DNA from: Gammaproteobacteria bacterium
GTDB lineage: Bacteria > Pseudomonadota > Gammaproteobacteria > Arenicellales > JAJDZL01
NCBI GenBank assembly: GCA_022823405.1
Contig: JAJDXD010000095.1
Span: 4,809 to 68,808, forward strand
Direction: 5' to 3'
DNA: 64,000 nt
Positions 32,464-41,412 of this stretch are shown here, in pieces. Both the position numbers and the translations under genes were made by a program. Within the stretch, counting starts at the first letter, position 1. Each line of letters begins with the position of its first letter. A model generated the notes under the pieces. It was given only the letters and a program-made list of their open reading frames with translations. It did not search any database and was not told the DNA's origin.

Positions 32464-33390
32464 TCAATCAATGAAGAAACTATTTGACGCATGGGTATCA
32501 AGATAACTCTCTATAGCATCTCGATAGATCCGTTGAATTTTTCGGGTTTGATCTCCTCCACCTCTCGGAAAATCAACAATTTTTCCATCATCCAGTTCCA
32601 AACAGTAAACCGGCATCACTTCACGGGTTGCACTGGTTACAAAGCATTCAGTGGCACTCTCGAGTTCGTCAACATGAACTGAACGTTCATATGCATTGAC
32701 TCCCTGTTCGGCACAACCATCCAAAACTGCTGCTTTGGTCAAGCCGCGTAAGTTTCCGGTTCCTGGTGTCACGATTTCATCATTGATAACAAACCATACG
32801 TTGCTGTTCGATGCTTCCGTCACATATCCTTCAGAATTCAGTATCAAGCTCTCATCTGCGCCTCTCTGTCGAGCTTGCATGATCGCGATGACATTATTGA
32901 GGTAATTTCCGCCCTTGATGTTTGGGTCAAGCGCATTGACAGGATTGCGTTTGACCTGTGGAATGGCCATTGTCATTCCAATGGAATAATGTTTCGGATT
33001 CCATATTGGAACTGATTTGACAATAATGACATATCGAGTCTGTAATTCCTTTGGTGGATGAAGGTCAATCGGTCCTTCTCCTCGCGTAATCTGGTATCGT
33101 ACGTATACGTTGTCTTCGGCAGACGCACCGGTAGCTCGTACAGTCCGCTTGATTTCCTGAGTCAATTCTTCGCGAGACTGGGATATCGTCATCTGTACGA
33201 GCTGTGCAGAGTTTTCCAACCGGTCGAAATGCGCTTCCATAAACAATGGAATACCGCGGTAGGTTCGAAAAACTTCATAGACTGAATCACCATACAGAAA
33301 CCCTCTATCCAATACCGGAATCGAGGCTTCGCTGGTCGGCATAATATTGCCGTCAATATTGGTCATCGTCGGTAGAGTGGTTTCAGACAT
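32464..33390 (-). CDS. Class IV PLP aminotransferase, D-amino-acid transaminase-like
   Basis: DRGFLYGDSVYEVFR, PLP lysine region IKGGNY, EASNSN, GLT, VTSATRE. Confidence 0.85.
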   Translation of the reverse strand: MSETTLPTMTNIDGNIMPTSEASIPVLDRGFLYGDSVYEVFRTYRGIPLFMEAHFDRLENSAQLVQMTISQSREELTQEIKRTVRATGASAEDNVYVRYQITRGEGPIDLHPPKELQTRYVIIVKSVPIWNPKHYSIGMTMAIPQVKRNPVNALDPNIKGGNYLNNVIAIMQARQRGADESLILNSEGYVTEASNSNVWFVINDEIVTPGTGNLRGLTKAAVLDGCAEQGVNAYERSVHVDELESATECFVTSATREVMPVYCLELDDGKIVDFPRGGGDQTRKIQRIYRDAIESYLDTHASNSFFID

Positions 33391-34124
33391 AGAGCTGCTC
33401 GGATCAGGTAATTGACTGTGATAAAAACAGGAAAATAAAGGTTATGCGGTGTGATGTCAAGTTGAACAAAACTTCGCCTAAGCGTTAGATATTCCGCTCC
33501 TTCCTAAATCTCGAATAGGTGACGCTTCTAGGGAATAGATTCATTCGAACTGCTCTCTGAGGAATGACGTGGAATTCAGCATCATTTTCTGGCAAATTAT
33601 TTGTTGATTCGATCGAGATAAACAATCATTTCATGACATCATCTCGACCTGTCATCATGGGTCAGAATTTCAAAATTCGCTTCGCAAATAATTATAAATC
33701 GCAAAAAGCGTTTGATTTGCAACGCTCTTCGTTTAACCGACAAATTCATCAACTAGCGAATAGTTGACAGCTTTAGCGAATCCGTTAAATTTCTGAGTTG
33801 TTTTTCAGTGGGTAAAGCAAAATGCAGAAGGAAAAATCCAATACCAAATCAAATTAGACTTCCGTCGTAGTCAATGCAACTGATGCTTGGGGAGATCACC
33901 TCGTACAAACAGCCAATTTCAATCCGTGTAGTTGGTACCAAATCGTAGAACTGTCATTGTGGTTGATAGTCAACAATTAAACAGCGTCAGTTTCGACAAT
34001 TTGGTGTTACTTATTGTCCAGCTTGTCTGATTGTTGAATCTACAGTTCGGTGTTGGAAAATTGACGATCCTCCCAATTGAACAACATGCCTCTGAACATG
34101 ATTAAGGCGAATCGGAAAGGGAAC

Positions 34125-34330
34125 ATGATCGACGTTGGCGTGAATCAGATGTCTGGGCCGCTAGGATTCCCAGTTTCGGTTCGTATCAGCAAGTGTCTGA
34201 AACAGGACTAGGCGATTGAGACGGTCATCGGTCATCTGAAATCCGATGGATGGCTGGGACACATTCATCTCAAGGGTATCGTAAGGGTTGGCATGAATGT
34301 GCTGTGAAGCTACACCAGAAACAATATGGA
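34125..34330 (+). mobile_element. IS5-family transposase remnant (C-terminal part)
   Basis: Frame reads ...KCLKQD*AIETVIGHLKSDGWLGHIHLKGIVRVGMNVL*, resembling the IS5-family RRxAIEPVIGHLKxDxRLxRNxLKG segment; two in-frame stops. Confidence 0.75.
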
Positions 34331-34381
34331 TTTCATGACATCGAAATTCAGCACAAGAACGATTTATTCAAGGTCGACGAG

Positions 34382-35281
34382 CTAGTCTGTCCTGTGTCCC
34401 TTACATATTAAACATTCGCATCCCGCATCCGTGAAATGGCGAATTCCTACCGTTGTTCCGCGAATTCGGTCTGCGCGAGCATATATCTTGTTAAACAACA
34501 TGGTTTCTCCATTCTCTAGATATCGTCTCAGCGAGTAGCTGCAAAGGTCAGCGATTTGTACCATGCTAGTCAGTTGACTGTCGACGAACAACGGAGTTTC
34601 GTTGATTCTCTCAATCCTTGTCCAGAGTGTACCTTTCCGGAGAAATTCTCTCATAAGTTGCGTATGTTTTCTTTTGACGGTTTCGTTATTGTCATGAACG
34701 ACAAGTCCGTAATTTCTCTGACCATTTGAATCGCTCGTGTTCTGAAGGTATTGTTCGAATCTGGATATCACCTGTTCGAATGCCTGTTCATCTACCGGAG
34801 ATTGTGCGCGTTGAGGGTCAAAATGCAACTTGTCTACGCATTCTGCGAATAATCGAGCAAAACCCCAATTTGAGACACAGTCGGCAACCTGTGCAACAAA
34901 ATTTCGACGCTCTTCTAACGTCAGGTGGATGTACGCTTGAGTCTTTCTGTAGTTTTTCTTGACTTGTCCATAAGCTCGAACGTTGTTTGATTTTTGAAGC
35001 CGGAGGAGCTCTCTATTTCGATACCTGTGAACTTCTGACAACCGTTTTTCGCGGCTGAGTTTATTGAAGTTGTTAATGCGAGTTTGCTCCAAGTACTTTC
35101 TTAGTAACCACGCCGTGTGTATCTCTACTTCATCAAGCCCGTAACGCCGTTTAATGGCTGTGATTTCATAGTCCGCGCTCTTCCAGTGCCAGATCGGTAT
35201 CGAAATCCCGGCAAGAATGAAATGAGAAGTGTTACCCGGAATATCGGGCGTCCCAGATTCATCAACGTAACAAAGATACAT
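34382..35281 (-). CDS. DUF3800 family protein (predicted RNase H-like)
   Basis: N-terminal YVDESG, EIH, central HD and C-terminal QIAD (the DE plus QxxD signature of DUF3800); extra C-terminal H-x4-CxCxxC; ATG at 35281 (track TTG at 35284). Confidence 0.88.
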   Translation of the reverse strand: MYLCYVDESGTPDIPGNTSHFILAGISIPIWHWKSADYEITAIKRRYGLDEVEIHTAWLLRKYLEQTRINNFNKLSREKRLSEVHRYRNRELLRLQKSNNVRAYGQVKKNYRKTQAYIHLTLEERRNFVAQVADCVSNWGFARLFAECVDKLHFDPQRAQSPVDEQAFEQVISRFEQYLQNTSDSNGQRNYGLVVHDNNETVKRKHTQLMREFLRKGTLWTRIERINETPLFVDSQLTSMVQIADLCSYSLRRYLENGETMLFNKIYARADRIRGTTVGIRHFTDAGCECLICKGHRTD

Positions 35282-35299
35282 CAAGCCTTCTTTTCAGAC

Positions 35300-35370
35300 A
35301 AAAAAAAGCGACTGGGCTTTTAGGGCTTTAAGCCCTAAGACGAGACGCTTGGCGACTCATCCCAGACGCG
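35300..35370 (-). ncRNA. Putative structured small RNA linked to the DUF3800 gene
   Basis: Three stems (GCGuCUGG/CCAGuCGC; GAUGAGuCGC-caa-GCGuCUCGUC; UUAGGGCU-uaa-AGCCCUAA) followed by U8; a G-U pair favours the minus strand; begins where the upstream promoter would initiate. Confidence 0.65.
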
Positions 35371-35376
35371 AATTTA

Positions 35377-35405
35377 ATTTTAACGAAATACAATTCAATA
35401 GTCAA
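35377..35405 (-). promoter_or_regulatory. sigma70 promoter driving the RNA and DUF3800 gene
   Basis: TTGACT (35405-35400)-N17-TAAAAT (35382-35377); each hexamer is 5/6 consensus. Confidence 0.7.
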
Positions 35406-35962
35406 GTTGTTGTCCTCATTCATCAGTACTTATGAGACGAATCAGGCAGCCGGTGCAGGTAGATTGTGCTGATTAAGGTATTCCATGGGTGTGCGCTGAC
35501 GGAGTGCCTAGTGCGACCCTGGTAGAAGGCCGCCATCGAGCCTTTACCCGTTCCGAGTCGTCTTAAGTATGTTTAGGGGTATGTTGAACAACTACCGCGT
35601 TTGTCACGCGAAGTACGAGCGCATGAACCCGACAGAGCAGTTGAGGTCTTACCTTCTGAAGATACTTAATTGCAGAATGTAAAATAGGCATCGACCACAA
35701 CTGAACCAGATTTCGTATTTTGACAGGGAATACAGTCCGGTTATTGAACTGGAGTCTCAATAGACGGGATAGTTCTCGCTTGTTGGTGAATGATGGTATG
35801 CCATTTACCTTACTGCCGATCGGCTGCAATTCAGCGACATTGAACTTCACCACAGATTTTTCAAGTTGCAATTGCGATCAAATTGGCGATTTGATTCACT
35901 ATAACAAGACATGTTAACTTACTAAACTCACAAGTTTTCTCACTATTGAATTAGATGAACTC

Positions 35963-37441
35963 ATGGATCAGTCGTACCAATCAATTCGTATACCTACAGC
36001 ACTGGCTCTGACAGCGGGTGCTATACTCATGCTCGGCGTTGTGGCAAGTGCATTCGCTTCGTCAGCACAAACTTGCATGTTCAAGCCAATGAGCGACGAT
36101 GACAAGCCTTTTGGATTGGTCGTTGGCGCCGACATACTGCTACCCGAAGGAAAGATGGAGGACTATGGTATCCATATCCGATTTAACGGCAGTATTGGTG
36201 CAGTGGCGAAGTTTGACGAGTTACAAGCCGACTATCCTGATTCAGCTGTTCTCGACTGTCGCGGAAATGCTGTGCTCTCACCGGGATTCGTCAACGCCCA
36301 TGAACACCCAGCCTACAGTTATGCTTTTCCGGACAAGAATCTGAATCCGAACTATTTACACCGGGACGAATGGCGCCTCGGCGTGAATGACAAAGCCAGT
36401 CTTCCGATTCCCAAACGATACGAATTCCAGCCCAATGATTCAAAGCAGTCTGCTGCCCTAGTCTCCATGGAACTGCGCCATCTCATAGGAGGGGCAACCA
36501 CCATTGCGGGATCAGGTGGCGTACCGGGTGTCATTCGCAATGTCAATCTCCACAAAAGACTAGGCGATTCAGAGTTGTACGATGCCGAAGTAGAATCGGC
36601 AACATTTCCATTTTCATTTCGCGCCGTTGAGGAGCTCAAAGAGGAATGTTCAACCGGGACTCCCAAAAATCTGCCGTTGCGTATAGACAGCAACTTAAAC
36701 TTCATGGCTTACATTCCTCACGTAGGCGAAGGCCGATATTCGAGTTGTACCGCGCGGGCGGAAGTCACCCGGTACTTGCAGCACGTGCAGCTTCGTGACA
36801 GACGCTACTCTTTGATTCATGGAATCGCGACTGATGTCAGCGACTATGTATTGATGCAGAATTACGATGTGACCTTGGTATGGTCGCCGCGCTCCAATCT
36901 CGCTTTGTACGGGGAAACCATTGATATTGCTAGCGCCTTGGAGCAAGGCGTGAAAATCGCCCTGTCGACGGATTGGTCACCGAGCGGATCTTTCAATATG
37001 CGCGAAGAAGTGAAATGTGCCAAACACGCAGCGATAGAAGCCGGAATAGAGATTTCAAGCGAGATGCTGTGGCAAATGTCAACTATCAATGGCGCCTACG
37101 CATTGGGTTTAGAGGATCGGTTCGGCAAAATTAAATCCGGTTTGCCAGCTGACTTGATTCTTGTACAGCACAAAGAAGGCGACCCATACGACTCTGTTTT
37201 GACGGCAACTCACGAAGATATTCTGGCGGCTTGGGTTAACGGGCAAGTTATCCTGCTTTCCGAAATGCTGGATGACAGGTTGAGCAATCAGCAATGCTTA
37301 ATTTTGGATGGCGTGTCACCGAGAGTGTGCGGCGTACTTGAAAAATTCAATTTGTCGGAAATGGAGTTTCAGAATTCCGTCAAGGATATCGTGCCACTAG
37401 TCGATACCACTCGGCAAGCGCCTTGTGAGGTGCCGGGATGA
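35963..37441 (+). CDS. Secreted metal-dependent amidohydrolase (deaminase-like)
   Basis: Signal-peptide-like N-terminus; PGFVNAHEH, PHVGEG, IHG, STDWSPSGS, GKIKSGLPADL. Confidence 0.82.
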   Translation: MDQSYQSIRIPTALALTAGAILMLGVVASAFASSAQTCMFKPMSDDDKPFGLVVGADILLPEGKMEDYGIHIRFNGSIGAVAKFDELQADYPDSAVLDCRGNAVLSPGFVNAHEHPAYSYAFPDKNLNPNYLHRDEWRLGVNDKASLPIPKRYEFQPNDSKQSAALVSMELRHLIGGATTIAGSGGVPGVIRNVNLHKRLGDSELYDAEVESATFPFSFRAVEELKEECSTGTPKNLPLRIDSNLNFMAYIPHVGEGRYSSCTARAEVTRYLQHVQLRDRRYSLIHGIATDVSDYVLMQNYDVTLVWSPRSNLALYGETIDIASALEQGVKIALSTDWSPSGSFNMREEVKCAKHAAIEAGIEISSEMLWQMSTINGAYALGLEDRFGKIKSGLPADLILVQHKEGDPYDSVLTATHEDILAAWVNGQVILLSEMLDDRLSNQQCLILDGVSPRVCGVLEKFNLSEMEFQNSVKDIVPLVDTTRQAPCEVPG

Positions 37442-37897
37442 ATCGCCACTGAACCAAGTATCGGGCTACGGTGGCACGACAAAAACTGATGGCATTCCGG
37501 TGCGGCAAACCGCTCGGGGTAACTTTTCGATTCCTAAAATCTATTGCATTGCATATTTCACAGTGCTGTTGGGCTGATTGTACATAGGAAATTCTTAGAT
37601 AGTTGCTTTGGGGAATGCTTTCTCCAACTGATTTAGTCAGCATCAGACGCCACCATTTCAATCTAGTGAAAATCAAATTTTCTGAAATTGATTTGCAGTC
37701 TGCTAGTCTGATAATGAAAAAGGTAAAATTGATCTAAGATACATTTGGTATTTGAGAAATTTAACGTCGTTTTGGCTCAATTCAAAATTCTCATAATTCA
37801 ATTGGTAGATGACGATTCAAATTGTAAAGAGCACGCACAGAAACCAAATCATAAAATCGTAAGCCTAAACTTACTGTCATAAATTTGAAGCCCCCTC

Positions 37898-38896
37898 ATG
37901 AAACTTGAAAAACCGTACTTGATATTTGTTGGCGATGCTCACGATGAACTCGCGGCCAAAACTTCATTTGGAGTCGTTGACTGGTGTCCCGATGATTGCG
38001 TTGGACAGTTCAGGCTGCCTGGTTGCGCAGCAGATATGAAGCTCCCGGACCTCAGCATGGAAGAAGCCCAGCAGTGCGGCGTGCGCACCATCGTGATAGG
38101 CGTTGCTAACCGGGGCGGTGTGATACCTGATTCCTGGATAAAGCCACTGGTGAAAGCTTTGCGGAAGGGACTGTCGATAGCTAATGGTCTGCATACACCA
38201 CTCGACTCTATTCCTGAGATTGCGGAAGCTGCGCAAGCAAGTTCCGGCCAATTGATAGAAATAAGAAAACCTGTAGGAATTGATCACATTGCAACTGGCG
38301 AGCCTCGCGGGGGGCACAGACTGCTGACCGTTGGCACCGACTGTTCAGTCGGGAAGATGTATACCGCGCTTGCTCTGACAAAAGAAATGCAACAACGCGG
38401 AATGGATGCTGATTTTCGAGCCACGGGACAAACCGGTATCTTTATTGAAGGTTCTGGTGTACCAGTTGATGCTGTTATTGCTGACTTCATTTCCGGCTCG
38501 GTCGAAAAGCTTTGTCCGGCTGCGGACAGCGAACATTGGGATGTCATTGAGGGACAGGGTTCGCTGCATCATCCGTCTTTTGCTGGCGTCAGTCTCGGAC
38601 TTTTACATGGTGCACAGCCAGATGCACTTGTGCTGTGTCATGAACCAACACGTACCAATATGCGCGGACTACCTGACCGTCCGATACCAGACATTGCCGA
38701 AGCAATGGTGATGAATCTTGAGGCCGCCAGTATCGTACAGCCGAATGTCAAATTTGTAGGCATGTCTGTCAACACCAAGTACGTTCAGAATTCCGAACGG
38801 GAATCATTATTGAAATCGATGGAAGACAGATTTCAACTGCCGTGTGAAGACCCGTTCCTTACGGGTGGCAAGTCTATTGTTGATCAGTTGGACTAG
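37898..38896 (+). CDS. dgcN: DUF1611 family protein, DgcN-like N-acetyltransferase
   Basis: TVGTDCSVGKM, RATGQTG, DFISG, EGQGSL, GAQPD; directly upstream of a dipeptide-epimerase-type gene. Confidence 0.8.
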   Translation: MKLEKPYLIFVGDAHDELAAKTSFGVVDWCPDDCVGQFRLPGCAADMKLPDLSMEEAQQCGVRTIVIGVANRGGVIPDSWIKPLVKALRKGLSIANGLHTPLDSIPEIAEAAQASSGQLIEIRKPVGIDHIATGEPRGGHRLLTVGTDCSVGKMYTALALTKEMQQRGMDADFRATGQTGIFIEGSGVPVDAVIADFISGSVEKLCPAADSEHWDVIEGQGSLHHPSFAGVSLGLLHGAQPDALVLCHEPTRTNMRGLPDRPIPDIAEAMVMNLEAASIVQPNVKFVGMSVNTKYVQNSERESLLKSMEDRFQLPCEDPFLTGGKSIVDQLD

Positions 38897-38941
38897 CCGA
38901 ATCGTTTCTGATTTTTCACACACATTCTGGCTCGCACTTCA

Positions 38942-39919
38942 TTGATCATTTCTGCACATTCAGAATCCTGGCCTTTAAAAGGATCGTTTTCGATATCTAG
39001 AGGATCAAAAACCAGTGTTAATGTTGTCGTAGTTGAAATTAGTGATGGTTCAACCCGCGGGGTCGGCGAAGCAGTGCCCTACCCCAGATATAACCAGGGA
39101 GTTGAAGAAACGCTTGAGATAATTCAGAACATTGCATCCAGACACGGCAGTGAATTAACGCGCGATCTCCTCAGACAACAGTACCCACCAAATGCCGCAC
39201 GCAATGCACTTGACTGTGCGCTATGGGATTTTGAAGCAAAGAGAAACGCCACATCAGCTTGGAAAATGGCTGGTTTGTCGAAGCCGGTTCCAGTGACTGG
39301 GGCCTATTCATTGAGCCTTGAACCTCCTGAACAATTGGCAAAAAACGCCCAGGATGCCGTTGATTTTCCATTGCTCAAAGTCAAACTAGGGAAGGACCAA
39401 GTCGTCGAATCAGTTGCAGCAGTCCGAGATGCCCGTCCAGATGCCAGAATCATCCTGGATGCAAACGAAGCATGGGACACAAACGTATTGGAACGCGTTG
39501 TACCGGCCCTTAAACAATTAGAAGTTGAAATGATTGAACAACCACTTCCATCTGAAGTTGACGCAGCATTAGATGGTATTGAAAGTGAAATACCACTTTG
39601 CGCAGATGAGTCGTTTCATAATGTCAATGATTTGCAAAAACTGACCAGCCGCTATGAAATTTTCAATATCAAGTTGGACAAAACTGGTGGGCTTACTGAA
39701 GCCTTAATTCTCGCTGACAGAGTATTGGCCGAAGGCAAAAAGGTTATGGTAGGGAGCATGATGGCGACATCTTTGGGCCTGGCTCCAGCCATGCTGCTCA
39801 CTCACCGTGCTGCTTATGTCGATCTGGATTCGCCGGTATGGCTGGCTGAGGACCGTCAGAATTCGATCCGCTTTGAGGGTGGCATTTTGCAGCCACCTAA
39901 CCCCAATCTCTGGGGATAG
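38942..39919 (+). CDS. dgcA: Enolase-superfamily epimerase/racemase (DgcA / L-Ala-D/L-Glu epimerase-like)
   Basis: FSISRGSK, KVK, DANE, EQP, DES, NIKLDKTGG, DLD. Confidence 0.82.
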   Translation: MIISAHSESWPLKGSFSISRGSKTSVNVVVVEISDGSTRGVGEAVPYPRYNQGVEETLEIIQNIASRHGSELTRDLLRQQYPPNAARNALDCALWDFEAKRNATSAWKMAGLSKPVPVTGAYSLSLEPPEQLAKNAQDAVDFPLLKVKLGKDQVVESVAAVRDARPDARIILDANEAWDTNVLERVVPALKQLEVEMIEQPLPSEVDAALDGIESEIPLCADESFHNVNDLQKLTSRYEIFNIKLDKTGGLTEALILADRVLAEGKKVMVGSMMATSLGLAPAMLLTHRAAYVDLDSPVWLAEDRQNSIRFEGGILQPPNPNLWG

Positions 39920-39990
39920 AATTGTCAATTGACCGGTCAATGCTGTTTGATCGGCAGTAACAAACTCCTCGCAACCGTTCGGGATGATTT

Positions 39991-41394
39991 ATGGATTTAA
40001 GAAATCGATTTGAATGCGATATAGCGTTTCTTTCAGAGCAACTCTCAAGCGGTCAACTGACCAGTGAAGAGTTGGCGCGCTGCGCGATTGGCAACCACGA
40101 AACCTACGGAGCCACACTCAAGGCATACAAGTGTTTGCAGCCTGAAAAAGCACTTGAAATGGCTCGGTATTCGGACCAACTGCTTGCCAGTGGTGTGCCT
40201 TATCGAGCATTGCATGGCATCCCTGTTTCAGTGAAAGACATATATGGTTTGGAGGGCTATCCAATATTCGTGGGCAGCAGCAATGAACTGCCAGCTAAAT
40301 GGCAGCGCAGCGGTCCATTTGTAAGAAGCTTCGCTGCACAGAATGCTGTGTTCATCGGCAAAACGCACACGGTTGAGTTTGCATATGGAGGACTTGGTGT
40401 CAATAATCACTGGGGCACTCCAAAAAATCCCTGGGACTCAGAAAATCATCGCGTGCCTGGTGGCTCCAGCTCTGGGTCTGGCATCAGTCTTTGGGAAGGA
40501 TCGGCATGGGTTGCACTTGGTACAGATACGGCAGGTTCAGTCCGAGTACCTGCAAGTTTCACCGGGAATGTTGGACTGAAGACATCGCTCGGACACTGGT
40601 CAACAGAGGGTATCGTGCCGTTGAGCCCTACTTTGGATACTGCCGGATTTTCAACGCGAACCGTTGCAGATGCACAATTGGTCTTCCACGCCATCTCACA
40701 TTTGGAAGCCTACGAAAATGTGTATGCCCAGATAGTAGAACAAAATGAACGGGACCAACACATCAGATTTCGCATTGGAGTTGATGATGGTCTGATGTGG
40801 AGCGAATCGGAACCAGAAATTTCAGAAATCTGCCTGAACGCACTACGAGAACTCGAGAACGACAACTGTCAACTCGTACCCTTTGAATTCCCACAGGCTA
40901 AGCGTGCTGTCGATATGCGAAATCTAGGTGGGCCAGTCTCAGTAGAGCTCATTGAATTTCTAAATTCAGAGCTACCAGAGTGGTTTGATGCGCTTGACCC
41001 TGTAATCCGGCAAAGGATAAAAATGGGTGGGGACATTTCAGCGGTTGAATATCTGCGCCGAATACGTGAAATCAAAAGTTCCAGAAAGGAGGTGAAGGAG
41101 ATTTTTCACACCATAGACATCATCGCGAGTCCAACAGTTCCAATCTCCCCACCCCTGATGAGCGAAGTTTCGTCACCAGAAAATTACATGAAGAAAAACC
41201 TGCTTACTTTGCAAAATACCACTGTGGGAAGTTTTCTTGATCTTTGTGCCATAACTATTCCTGTCGGATTGGATAGTTTTGGAATGCCAGTAGGATTGCA
41301 GTTCATGACTCGTGCTGGAAGTGAATTGTTTTTGTTGGCACTCGGACTTCGAATCGAAAAAATTGTTCGCGATCAACAGCGAATGCCATTTTGA
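39991..41394 (+). CDS. Amidase-signature enzyme with intact triad
   Basis: Lys82 (VSVKD), cis-Ser159 (PGGSSSGS), Ser183 (GTDTAGSVRVP). Confidence 0.92.
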   Translation: MDLRNRFECDIAFLSEQLSSGQLTSEELARCAIGNHETYGATLKAYKCLQPEKALEMARYSDQLLASGVPYRALHGIPVSVKDIYGLEGYPIFVGSSNELPAKWQRSGPFVRSFAAQNAVFIGKTHTVEFAYGGLGVNNHWGTPKNPWDSENHRVPGGSSSGSGISLWEGSAWVALGTDTAGSVRVPASFTGNVGLKTSLGHWSTEGIVPLSPTLDTAGFSTRTVADAQLVFHAISHLEAYENVYAQIVEQNERDQHIRFRIGVDDGLMWSESEPEISEICLNALRELENDNCQLVPFEFPQAKRAVDMRNLGGPVSVELIEFLNSELPEWFDALDPVIRQRIKMGGDISAVEYLRRIREIKSSRKEVKEIFHTIDIIASPTVPISPPLMSEVSSPENYMKKNLLTLQNTTVGSFLDLCAITIPVGLDSFGMPVGLQFMTRAGSELFLLALGLRIEKIVRDQQRMPF

Positions 41395-41412
41395 TGGATA
41401 CGGGAGTGATCA

